From: the human T2T-CHM13v2.0 reference genome, Homo sapiens
Assembly (NCBI RefSeq): GCF_009914755.1
Contig: NC_060928.1
Length of the DNA: 64,000 nt
Strand: one strand, 5' to 3'
The translations under genes were made by a program, and so were the position numbers. Under the pieces are notes generated by a model, which did not search any database, was not told where the DNA came from, and was given only the letters and a program-made list of their open reading frames with translations. Below are positions 42,291 through 54,915 of the stretch, piece after piece (positions within the stretch are counted from its first letter, which is position 1; each line of letters opens with the position of its first letter).

Positions 42291-43470
42291 TAGTCTCTGC
42301 CTTCTTCTTTACCTTCACTCCCAACCCTCTCTTTCTTGGGCTGGGTAACTGCTTCCTGTGATCATAGACTCATTCGAGGTGATGACTTCTACAGGAAGCC
42401 TTTCATGATAATTCATGCTGCATCAATTGCCCTGTTCTCTGGCTGTTTTCTCTTAGCAAGTTTCCTGTTATACTGAAATGGCCTGTCAGTGTTTATATCT
42501 TTCTCACCAATGCCAGGAATTAGAGCTATTCATCTGTTTCCCCTCTCCCCTCCTCAAGTTTAGCATGATCATGGGCACAAAATAGATGTCAATGTAGTTT
42601 AGATAGAAATGGCCCAATTTTGACTCAAGTGACATAAAATAATCATGAACTGAAGTTACACAAGACCCGATAAAAATGTTTCTCCCATTGTTTACGTGCA
42701 TTATACTTGCCAATCTGGATTTCTTAAATTAACAAATAGATCCACTCCAAGAAAACCTGCACCCTTAGTATCTTCGAATTTTTCACTTTTTCTTAGGTGT
42801 TACAAAGATTTGTATTTGTGAGAATTTTTCTGAGCTACTGATCTTGGACCCAGGGGAGGAAGACAAGTGCTAAGATGTTGAGCTGGAATTATGAGTTGCT
42901 CACAAAGAGAAAAAATAAAATCGAAAAGAAAGAAAACCTTCTGCAACAGATATCTCTAAGTGCAGGTGAAAGTTTTTCAGATGGTTAACCTTCTCTCTGA
43001 TTAGACTCCTGGTTGTTATGGCGATGAAAAGGTGCTCAATCCTTTGAGGTTTATAAATTAGAATAACAGGATAAGTTATTTTCAAATTTATGTAAAAATC
43101 ATGAAAAGATATACTTTATAGTGAAGCTAAGGAAGTTAAAGAACTCCTACTAGCTAAGGAAGAGGTCCCAATATAAAAATAGATGTTGTTCAAGTAATAC
43201 TAGGGTGTTATTAAGGTATAAAATTAAGAGTATATTATGAAGTATTAAAGGGCCAGAAAATTCAGGAATCCCTAAACCTAAGTTGGTCCAATTACCTCCC
43301 AACCCAATGTTGTTCCCAAATGAATAAACTACAGAAAAGCAGAAAAGGTGGTAGTTTGTTAGTTGAGAATCCAGCACCAAACCTCAATACCAAAATACCA
43401 AAACAGATAACCCATGTATATCATTTAGTCAGCTCTCCTTTGTACATCCATAACCCACCACCACCACCAC

Positions 43471-43687
43471 GCAATTTTGTCTATAAAGTATTACAATTTG
43501 CAATGCAAAATATGCAATGTGATAAGAACAGTGTATTGTTAAAATTTTAGTACAATTTACCTTGTTATTTCCAATAAAAATTTCTTTTTTAACATTCTTA
43601 CAGTCAAATTATTTGGTCCCATTTATTTAAAGGCCCAGAACACATAACTATTCCATTTAAAATACTAAGTTATGTTTTTATATGCCA
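43471..43687 (+). repeat. Copy 1 of a ~215-bp direct repeat (other copy 45088-45306)
   Basis: Aligns by eye to copy 2 over its whole length at roughly 90% identity; flanked by ccaccacca on both sides. Confidence 0.95.
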
Positions 43688-45087
43688 CCACCAATATATA
43701 AATTCATATAATAGAAATTAACACTTTAGTGGCATGAAAATGCACATGCTCTAGTAGTTGGCAAAAAAAAATCAAGCAACAACAATAGCACAATTTGTCC
43801 TTGACGCCTACCACTGAGTAGGCTGAAGCTGCACGCTGTAGACTTTAGACCTTCTCAGGTCACAGCAGAAATTCTGTGTCTATGTCTTGATGCTGAGAGT
43901 GAGAATAAAATATGTATATATTGAGAAATCACCCTGGTCTACCACGTGAGTAGTGCTAGTACTCACAATTTTGCTCATACAGAAACAAGACAGTGAAAGG
44001 AACCAATTTCATTAACACTGATAGTCTAACCCCATTAAAAGTTTTAATACTCTAATATTTAGCCTGACAGAATGTCCTTTAATCAATCCACGATAAACCC
44101 TCTTTTTTTGTGTGTATGCAGGAGCAATATGGCAAGAGACATAAAAGATCCCTTTTCTCTAGGTACAATTACTGAATCTTCAATATTTGTTAGCTAAGTG
44201 GAACAAATATACTATTAATAGGTCCTCCAACTCTATTAAGAAAAACAGGCACGTATATAATTATAAAAGAAGGCACTTTATGGCAGGTGGTTGGTAGAAA
44301 TAACATAAAAACAATGCTAGGTTTTCTATTCCAGTTCAATATTGTTGTGTAACTTGTGATGTGGATACATACTAATACCTCAGGAACTGTGTCTACTGAA
44401 GGTAATAATAATGACCTTAAGATCAAAATTAGATTTTCAGCTGATGATGCTCTTCCAGCAATTTCCACCCTGAAAATTTTATGTGGACAGTGGTCACTTG
44501 TCGGAAATCTGAGGTACTTTATTTGCCAACTGTCAAAATCCGATTGTCCATCGCAGCACTCATCTCCAAAGACCATTTATTTAGTGACCTTGACCAATTT
44601 TAAGCTTGTTGAGTACATCACACATTGGCATTCGAGGTGGAAATCAAGAAGATGAATGGTAGGCAGGAACTTACTGAAGCTGATAGGAATCATTTATCTT
44701 ACCAGCATGATAGAATAATCACATCCTGATGGGGCATATGAGATTCTGGAAGATGATTTTAAGGACAAAGTCCAGGAAGATTTACAATTTTCAAACTCAG
44801 GGATGTTTTCAAATTTGTATGTATTTTCTCTATATAGTTGATGTTCCCTCTTTGGAAATATATAAACATTCCTTTGTGTCCAATGATGTTAGGGCATAGA
44901 GTATTACACAAAAGGTAACTAACTGTAATATGAGGTATTGAATATTATAAGCAATAATGTTTTTCCAAGATAAGATATGTGGGGTATAGGGTCTCTTTTT
45001 TCATATTTCCACGTTTTCACTAGTATTTTATACTAAAAGTTTATACTATTTTTGTTTTATTTCATGCTTTCTTCATTAAAAACGTTT

Positions 45088-45306
45088 GCTATTTTGTCTA
45101 TAAATTATTACAATTCTCACTGCAAAATGTGCAATGTCATAAGAACAGCGTATTGGTAAAATTTTAGGTAGTACAATTTACCATGTTATTTCCAAAAATT
45201 TTCTTTTTTAACATTCTTACAGTCAAATTATTTGGTCTCATTTATTTAAAGGTACAGAACACATAACTATTTCATTTAAAATACTTAATTATGTTTTTAT
45301 ATACCA
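45088..45306 (+). repeat. Copy 2 of the ~215-bp direct repeat
   Basis: attttgtctataaa..ttaacattcttacagtcaaattatttggt..ttatgtttttatat shared with copy 1. Confidence 0.95.
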
Positions 45307-46423
45307 AAGGGCAAATGAATATTTTGAAAAATAGGTAAACATTTAGCATTAACGTATGATGAAGTCAGCAGAAATAATCATTTAAAAGGTTAAATATTAG
45401 AATTGTTTTACACATTATTTCACGAATCAGCATTATTTGTGGGTGAGGGAGGCTCATGAATGTTTTTTACAACTTTTCTTGTGAGAGCTTTGTTTTCCAA
45501 TCTCATGTTCCTTATTGGTATAAGTTATTTTATGCAGCTGGAAATTGCATAATATGGCATCATCACCCTTTAGAAAACATCCTTACTTAAATTTCTATTT
45601 TTTTGAACAAACAATTTATAGTATACAATCAGAAAGCATTCTTTGGTCTCCTACTCTGACTTTCAATGCAGCAAGTTCTTCCTCTTTCCTTAGATGAAGT
45701 CTCACACCTTCTCTGGTCACATTTGTTTAATACATAGTAGTCTATAACTGCCTAAGACATAGAAATGGAACTGATTTATTACTTAGAGTTCAGTTGCACT
45801 TACTATTCAAGAATTTTCAACCTTATACTATGCCGTAGCTACTCCTTACCCAACTGGAGCTTGCTTCAGGTAAGAAAAATCTACAAGACTGCTTTGGTCA
45901 GTCTAGTTTCCCTACTGTCTCGCTTCCATCCCTCCTCCCTCATTTGGCTTCTCATGATTTCTGACCATTCTGGGATGGAGCAAGGGAGAAAGGACAGGTA
46001 AGAGGAATAGGGAAGTTCTTAACCAGTTATTTCCCATACTGAATGGTTATTTGGTTATTCTTCGATCTGACAGAATAGTAAAGCTGACACTTCCCTTCAA
46101 GGCGCTTATTCCTGGATAACATCAGCCAGGTTTTCATCTGGCTTCCTGCTCCTTTTCAATTATTGCTTCATTTGGTAATTCACTTTACCGAGAAACTATG
46201 TTAAAGTCCTACGGTCACTCCAGGTGACACTCTTGGGTACAATTTTAAGTAATGTCAGCCAGCCTTTCACTCATGAGACACTATATCTTGTTGCTGTTTT
46301 AAAAGTACCCAAATTCCTGCCAGGGATAAACTCGGGAAGTGCAGGCTGCCCAATACATGCAAATCTCCTTTGAACATGCTGAGAGAAGTACACTTTGGTT
46401 TTAAGATTTTCTTGATTGAGGTC

Positions 46424-47420
46424 TGTGATGTTTAATGTTAGGTGTCAACTCAGCTAGGTGACCCAGATGTTTCATAAACCATCAGTCTAGACATTGCTTT
46501 TTAAATAAGAGGAACACTTAAATTAGTGGGCTTTGAAGAAAGCAAATTATCTTTCATAATGTGGGGTGCCTCATCCAATCAGTTGAAGGCCTAAAGAGAG
46601 TGAAAATTACTTCAACCCTTGTGGAAGGCAGTGTGGCAGTTCCTCAAGGATCCAGAACCAGAAATACCATTTGCCCCAGCAATCCCATTACTGGGTATGT
46701 ACACAAAGGAGTATAAATCATTCTACTATAAAGACACATGCACAAGTATGTTTATTGCAGCACTATTTACAATAGCAAAGACTTGGAACCAACCCAAGTG
46801 CCCATCGATGATAGACTGGATAATGAAAATGTGGCACATATACACCATGAAATACTATGCAGCGTAAAAAAGAATGAGTTCATGTCCTTTGCAGGGACAT
46901 GGATGAAGCTGGAATCCATCATCCTAGCAAGCTAACACAGAAACAGAAAACCAAACACCACATGTTTTCACTCATAAGTGGGCGTTGAACAATGACAACA
47001 CATACACACAGGTAGTGCAACATCACACACCGGGGCCTGTCAGTGGGTGGGGGGCAAGGGGAGGGAGACCATTAGGACAAATACCTAATGCATGAGGGGC
47101 TTAAAACCTAGATGACGGGTTGATAGGTGCAGCAAACCACCATGGAACATGTATAACTATGTAACAAACCTGCATGTTCTGCACATGTATCCCAGAACCT
47201 AAAGTAAAATAAAAATAAAAATAATGAAAATAATAAAATAAAATAAAGAGAAAAAGACTGAGGTCAGAGTTCCTCTGAAGAAAGCATTCTGCCTCCAGCC
47301 TACCTTGGAAATTGAGCTGAAGTATCAATTCTTCCCTGAGTCTCCAGGCTACAGGCCTACTCTATAGTCTTTCTCTCTTTCTCTGCTGGTTCTATTTCTC
47401 TGGTGAGTTTTGATGAGAAC
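46424..47420 (+). mobile_element. MLT2 (ERVL) LTR split by an L1 (46424-46600 and 47250-47420)
   Basis: tgtgatgtttaatgttaggtgtcaact, cctcatccaatcagttgaaggcct and ctggttctatttctctgg. Confidence 0.8.
46601..47249 (+). mobile_element. L1PA (L1PA8-like) 3' end
   Basis: Peptide WK.VWQFLKD.E.EIPF.PAIPLLG; 3'UTR ggacaaatacctaatgcatg.ggggcttaaaacctagatgacggg; (TAAAA)n tail. Confidence 0.92.
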
Positions 47421-48092
47421 TTCATGAGACTCACATTACATTCTCCAAAATAGTCCCAGTAAATCCTTCTCTTTAACTGGAAGGCCCAGAAGAAGCAGTT
47501 CTAATTTCTCCCTACTGAAGGGAACTCTTTTGGGCGTAAGTTTCTTCAGAGAAGCTCTCTTCACAAATCTTTCTCTTGATACATATACATCCTCTTTGTG
47601 CTTGTGCTGAATAACATGTTTTCAGGTGTCTGTTCTGTAACTTCTCCAGGGTTTTCTCACTCACTTCATATTTGGTTGTATTTTGTATTGACTGAATAAG
47701 TGTTTTGTGGTGGTTCTTCAATTGGAGCCTGAAATTTTTGCTGCCTTTGCATTTTATTGTCTTAATTTTAAAAATCATATAATTTGTACTTAAGTACCTG
47801 TAAAGACACAGAACTTATAGTTTTATTTTGTCACTGATTTTAATTTTGTTTATCTCAGCTGAAAGGTTATTCGATTTACAATGTATGCTAGTTAATCATT
47901 CTTATATTGGCAACAACTTATTTAAATGCTATGTGATTAAAGGGGCTTACCGGTGAAGATGTCACATCAATTCAGTGTGAAGCTCTCGGCATCACTCATG
48001 TTTGTCAGCCTCAACTCACAAGTAAAGCTATATATCTCATCCACCCACCCATATTTTAGGCTGCCCACTGAAATGTGTGAGCTATTCTTAGC

Positions 48093-48097
48093 AAAAA

Positions 48098-48128
<31 letters not shown>

Positions 48129-48139
48129 ATACATAAAAT
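48093..48139. repeat. (TAAA)n microsatellite
   Basis: Directly visible. Confidence 0.95.
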
Positions 48140-48204
48140 AGTTTTCTGTTTCCTAGGCAGATAAGTGGAGGCAAACCGACTCATGCTGCGATATATGAAC
48201 CAAG

Positions 48205-48742
48205 CAGTGATGTGTTGAAGCCAGTTATACAGGTCATGAGAACAGATGGTTAATTTTTCAGAAATTTTGCAAGCTGGTTGTTAAGTATAGCAGTTATTAA
48301 AATTGATGATAGCTATGCTAATTATCCTACTTTAATTACTATATACTATATGTATCAAAACATCACTATCTGCTCCACGAATATGCACAATTTGCACAAT
48401 TATTCTCAATTTAAAAATATTTTTTAAAAATTTACTAGAAATAATTTTAAAATTATAACTAAATAAGTGATGTTAAATGCAAAAACTAAATACTCAAAAT
48501 ACATCACTTCCTTTTTAATGTAACATTTCACTATATCACTGGGAAGCTCTTGAGTTCATTTAAGTCCATTATTATCTGTAAAGTGAAGTGCTATATAGTG
48601 GAGAACTGCTTTACATTTCTTAACAACTTTTCATTTAGTGGATTAAGATTGGTTATAATAGGAGTACTTCACCATGTAAAGCACTAAAAATAGGCTCTTT
48701 TGTAGGAGTGAGCATTATTTTTAATTTACTAGCACATCACTT
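48205..48742. mobile_element. MER63-like hAT element containing a short L1MA 3' tip (~48303-48430)
   Basis: cagtgatgtgttgaagcc ... actagcacatcactt inverted termini; internal tttcagaaattttgcaagctggttgttaa. Confidence 0.7.
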
Positions 48743-49489
48743 CCCTTTTTTGTCTTCTATACCTTGTTTATAATTATCTTTAATTTCAAGGTGAAATCAG
48801 ATTCTATAATCTGTGTAAACCAATTGACATAGGGTCAGGTTTGATGCCGTCTTGGTTTCTTAGTTAACTGCAGCCTAGGATCTATTCAGAGCTGCCTTCT
48901 GTAAACTTTCTTCTGACATATCTTTGATACATCATAGGCAAGAGCACATGAATTACATAGTCTCTTAGACTCACAGCCCTTATAAATCACCACTTCAATT
49001 ATCTGCCATTGAGGTGCCAGAATCATTTGAACTCTTCTCATTAGTATACCTTGTTTTCACTCAACATACAGATATTAATTTAATTAATTCAGCATGGAGT
49101 ATGAGATATCTTACAAAGGTATTATAATTTTGCATCCATTCAGCAACTGGAAAGCTGCATGATCCTGTTTTGTACAGTACTGTGGTTGAATGCAGCCTAG
49201 GTTTAGATGGAAAATTAAGGATATGTAATAATTATCTTAAAAAACTACAAAATAATCAGTTATTCTATTAATAATAAACAGATAACATTTCTAATCTAGA
49301 TACAACTCAAATTTAGTTTTACTTTAAAATATGACTCATCTTCAAATCCTGAGGATTTAGAAACCTTCATACAGAAATTTATTTAACATCACATGAATTT
49401 GTATTAAAATTTAGTTTTGATAAAATAGGTAGTGTAAATATACAAAGACTTTTAATTATATTCAAATTAAATTGTTGGTGTACTTTTTA

Positions 49490-49750
49490 AAAAAAATCAA
49501 TTCAAGACTAGGACAAACTGTACACATTTGTTAAGGTAAGACAAATATGAATTTTAATCCTAGCTTCAACCCTTGCTCTCTTTGTGAATTTAGGCAACTT
49601 GCCAAGTTGCATAACTTCTCTAACTAACCCCTTATCTAAAAAGCAGCATATTTTACATCTTAGAGTTGGTGTGATAATTCTTAGAAATTACACAAGTAAA
49701 TATGTAACTCTGTCATTTAGTAAGCAAAAGCTCAGTTATCGTTTTAGCAT
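49490..49750 (+). mobile_element. MIR
   Basis: ttaatcctagcttcaaccctt..tgtgaatttaggcaa..taacttctc decayed MIR core. Confidence 0.55.
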
Positions 49751-50159
49751 GCTAAATTTGGGGTATAATTATAGTCCAGAGGGAAAACAAAATACAATTT
49801 TAAAAGTAAGCAGTTTAAATAGAATTAAAATTGCTCATGGTAGTTTAAATTTAAAACATACGTTGGATATGTTATATGCACTGATCCTTGCTGTCGGGCT
49901 TGCAAAGGCATGAAGGTACACACAAACTTTCCAGAGCGTATGCAGCATATCTTAATCAGTTTCCAGATTCTGGACTTTAAATCTGCCTTTCAAAGTTGCC
50001 TGGCTGACAAAGTTTCCTGCCCACCCCACTATTTGCGTTTTCTTTGCTCTCCCAGTTTTTACAATAGGTATTCCCTCACTTTTCAGTAGAAGAGGTTTAT
50101 CTTTTAGTCATCCAGAAGCTTGCTCAAATGCATTATGCAGGTCAAAATTTCCAGTCACA

Positions 50160-50472
50160 GGCCGGGCGCGGTGGCTCACGCCTGTGGTTCCAGCACTTTG
50201 GGAGGCCCAGGCGGGCGGATCAGGAGATTGAGAAGATCCTGGCTAACACGGTGAAACCTCTTCTCTACTAAAAATACAACAACAACAAAAAAATTAGCCA
50301 GGCGTTGTGGCGGCTAAAACCACATGGATTGTCAAACCCCAGTCCCAGCTACTCGGGAGGCTGAGGCAGGAGAATGGCGCGAGCCCGGGGGTCGGCGCTT
50401 GAGGTGAGCCCAGATCGCGCCGCTGCACTCCAGCCTGGGCGACAGAGCGAGACTCCGTCTCAAAAAAAAAAA
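50160..50472 (+). mobile_element. Atypical AluY-like element
   Basis: atcctggctaacacggtg and gaatggcg diagnostics; TSD aaaa(t/g)ttccagtcaca (50144-50159; right copy split by the AluYb8). Confidence 0.9.
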
Positions 50473-50477
50473 GTTCC

Positions 50478-50793
<316 letters not shown>

Positions 50794-51970
50794 GTTCCAG
50801 TCACAAATCACAAAACCAAAAGCCGACTCAGGGCAAAAGAATACTTGAGGTTTTAGAAAGCATTTGTGCTGGGTATGTGACCTACTTCATTCAATCTAGA
50901 TACTGAAGATGAGGCATACATTAGAAATAATCCAGAAATGAGATGATTGTTTAAGGGGAAGCCTATTAGCAAGATTATTTGGATTGAAAATGAGTTCAGA
51001 TTATTTTTTTCATGACAGAAAGTAAGTCTGATTTGGCTGATTTTTTTGACAATAAGCACTGGCTTTGCCAATTAAATCACCCTGTGACATTATCTATAAG
51101 GTGAATAAGATAAATTTGCAGCTTCACAACTTAAAGGAAAATATATTCAATGGATATATATGACACAAAGTATGCTAGAAAAAATGTTGCAACTATTTAA
51201 ACTTATGATGAAAAATAGTAGATGTCAATTTAAAAATGTGTGACAGGCTTCATAGATTTACAAAATTATTTTAAGTTGTCAGTAGAAAAAATATTCAAAG
51301 ACCAATATCATAATACCTAGACAGTTAAATATTGGATGAAAACTAATAGTTTGGTGTTTAATGTAACTGTACATACACATAAAATTTTATTATTCATCTC
51401 AGATAAAAATTTATATAGTCACGAGTATTATCATTATGTACCAGTAATAGTCATAATTTTCTGTGACTTTTCAGGAAATTAGTTAAAAATACCAATACCA
51501 TATCTGTAAAATTGGTCTGGTAACATTTATTTACTGACAAGAGATCCTCTGAGAGTTATTGTTTTATTTTTTTGTTCTGTTTTAAATCATTTTGAACTTT
51601 ATCAGACAGAAATAATTCCAGCTTCTGGGATTCAGAAATGAGATTTATGTTTGTTTTGTTAAGTGCTGCTCCATTTATCTCACGTTCCAGGGGAACACCA
51701 GGCTACAAGTCTCCTGAATATTTTCGGGATCAGGTCAGTTGAAATCAAAAACAAAACAAAACAAAACAAAACCCTCCGGATGGTCTCCCCACACTGGGAG
51801 ACTGGTATAGTATCTCCCTGTGAAAGCCTCACTGACACAAGAGTGGACCCCAGCACTGTTGCTTAGAGTGATTCTGATTGGTTAATATTTTTATTGTGGA
51901 GTCGTGACCAGAGAACAAAATGGAAATAGTGCCCCCTAATTAAGTAAAGATATACTATAAAAAATTCTGA

Positions 51971-52683
51971 TGTTACAGTAAGTAATCAGGCAGACAGGAG
52001 CAGGGCAAGTGAGGGCCCCTCACCCACCAAGAATGTCAGGCAACAATTAGGGGATGGTCAGGTGATTGTTAAACCGCCTCTCCAAAATAATAATTGGTCA
52101 CAGTTGGCACCAGGGAAAGGCAGTCTCCCAATAGATAGAAACACCTCATGATGGTGATCAGTAACTTCCCTATAAGATCTCAGGAACTGGGCGAGTGGGC
52201 TCAAGCATGCATACTCTGAGGCAAAATGGCAGAGTTTAATTTGTATATGACATTCCACTAGGAACACTCAACTGGTAAGAGACGAATGGCCTCCAGTGAG
52301 CATGTGCACAATTTCAATAAACACACTGTGAACGCAGCCCTTCCCAAGTGCTGACAGACCACTGTGCTTGCAGACAGTCCACCCGTAGGGAAGAATCTGG
52401 GAGAAGGGAGGCAACCCCCCAGGAAAGCATGCCAACATATAAAACCCCAAGTCAAAGGTCAAATAGCACGCTTGATCTCTCAAGTCGCCCACTTAACCCT
52501 CTTCCAAGTGTATTTCCCTTCCTTTGGTTCCTGCTCTAAAGCTTTTTAATAAACGTTTCACTCCTGCTCTAAAACTTGCCTCCGTCTCCCACTCTGCCTT
52601 ATGGCCCTCAGTCAAAGAAGGCAAGAATTGAGAAGGCAAGTATTGAGGTTGCTGCAGACCTCTATGGATTCAACGACACTAAA
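51971..52683 (+). mobile_element. MER50 (ERV1) solo LTR
   Basis: tgttacagtaagtaatcaggcagacaggagcagggca..gaatgtcaggc; TATA-like catataaaa (~52437), aataaa (~52548), end gaggttgctgcagacc. Confidence 0.82.
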
Positions 52684-53382
52684 GCAATGGGGTCATTTAC
52701 TGTAAATGTAAGGGTCAGAAGGGCAGAAGGGGAGAAAAAGTGGTGTTGACATAGTAGATGTAGAAAGAATCAAGTACGTCAACTGCCTGGTGAACAGATC
52801 TGGAATCTGGAGAAATACATGTTGGTTTCACTTTGATAGGACTCCTGAATGGCTTTTAAGAGAAAGCAGGGTGATTTTAGACATTAAATTTGTTTACTAC
52901 TATTACTTTTTATAATTTACTTGTTCAACCATGTCTTAATAAAACACAACTAGTGTTATGAAATAATATCACTTATATCGTACCCACTCTAAATACTGAG
53001 AATAGATGATGACAAATCATCAAATTATTGCATTGCTATCAGAGGGTGGAGATCTCAATATAGAACTAGAAAAATTTAAATGGGCTTTTTTTCTAGCAAT
53101 CTCCTTACAAAAAAGCATTGAAGTGGAGTTTCCTAATGACGTTTTAGGGGTTATGCTTTTTGTATATGTTTTAAAAAAAAGGAGTGAATTAGTTTGATAT
53201 AAAATACAAACCATACTTATTTCAACATAATGAAAATGAATACAGAAAGTGGGATTAAAAAATGGTTTTTTTCCTAACAGCTTTCAATATATGTTTACCA
53301 TTTGGGGAAAGTAGGCAAAACATACACAGTATGGTTGAGAAATCGGGAAAATAAACAATCTATTGAATTAAATGTTAAAGTT

Positions 53383-54528
53383 TTTTTAAAAAAATATACT
53401 TTAAGTTCTGTGATACATGTGTAGAACGTGCAGGTTTGTTACATAGGTATACACATGCCATGGTGGTTTGCTGCACCCATCAACCCATCATCTACATTAG
53501 GTATTTCTCCTAATGCTATTCCTCCCCTACCCGCCCTCCACCCCTGACAGGCCCTGGTGTGTGATGTTCCCCTCCCTGTGTCCATGTGTTCTCATTGTTC
53601 AACTCCCACTTTTGAGTGAGAACATGTGGTGTTAGGTTTTCTGTTTCTGTGTTACTTTGCTGAGGATGATGGATTCCAGCTTCATCCATGTCCCTGCAAA
53701 GGACACAAACTCATCCTTTTTCATGGCTGCATAGTATTTCATGGTGTATATATGCCACATTTTCTTTATGCAGCCTATCATTGATGGGCATTTGAGTTGG
53801 TTCCAAGTTTTTGCTATTGTGAATAGTGCTGCAGTAAACATACCTGTGCATGTGTCTTTACAGTAGAATAATTTATAATCCTTTGGGTAGATACCCATTA
53901 ATGAGAGTGCTGGATCAAATAGTATTTCTGGTTCTAGATCCTTAAGGAATCTCCACACTGTCTTCCACAATGTTTGAACTAATTTACACTCCCACTAGCA
54001 GCGTAAAAGCATTCCTATTTCTCCACATCCTCTCCAGCTTCTGTTGTTTCCTGACTTTTTAATGTTCGCCATTCTAAGTGGCATGAAATGATATCTCATT
54101 GCAGTTTTGATTTTCATTTCTCTAATGACCAGTGATAATGAGCTTTTTTTCATATGTTTGTTGGCCGCATAAATGTCTTCTTTTGAGAAGTGTCTGTTCA
54201 TATCCTTTGCCTACTTTTTGATGGGGTTGTTTTTTTCTTGTAAATTTGTTTAAGTTCCTTGTAGATTCTGGATATTAGCCTTTTGTCAGATGAATAGAAT
54301 GCAAAAATTTTCTCCCATTCTGTAAGTTGCCTGTATACTCTAATGATAGTTTATTTTGCTGTGCAGAAGCTCTTTAGTTTAATTAGATCCCAATTGTCAA
54401 CTTTGGCTTTTGTTACCATTGCTTTTGGTGTTTTAGTCGTGAAGTCTTTACCCATGCCTGTGTCCTGATTTGCCTAGGTTTTCTTCTAGGGTTTTTATGG
54501 TTTTAGATCTTGCACTTAAGTCTTTATT
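53383..54528 (-). mobile_element. L1PA (L1PA7-like) 3' ~1.1 kb
   Basis: Peptides [19 protein letters not shown] and WKTVWRFLKDLE; 3'UTR cccatcaacccatcatctacattagg. Confidence 0.92.
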
Positions 54529-54589
54529 ACATGCATCTTTGGGTTTCTTTTATAAAGAAATTTTCAGGATCACTATAAAACCCACTTTC

Positions 54590-54915
<326 letters not shown>

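Noticed and set aside
44190-44655. Resemblance to GPCR/TAS2R (KIRFSADD, VFGD..C), kinase (PIVHR) or DnaJ (HPD) motifs
   Set aside because: Isolated 3-6 residue matches without correct spacing or flanking motifs, so no gene or pseudogene call is made.
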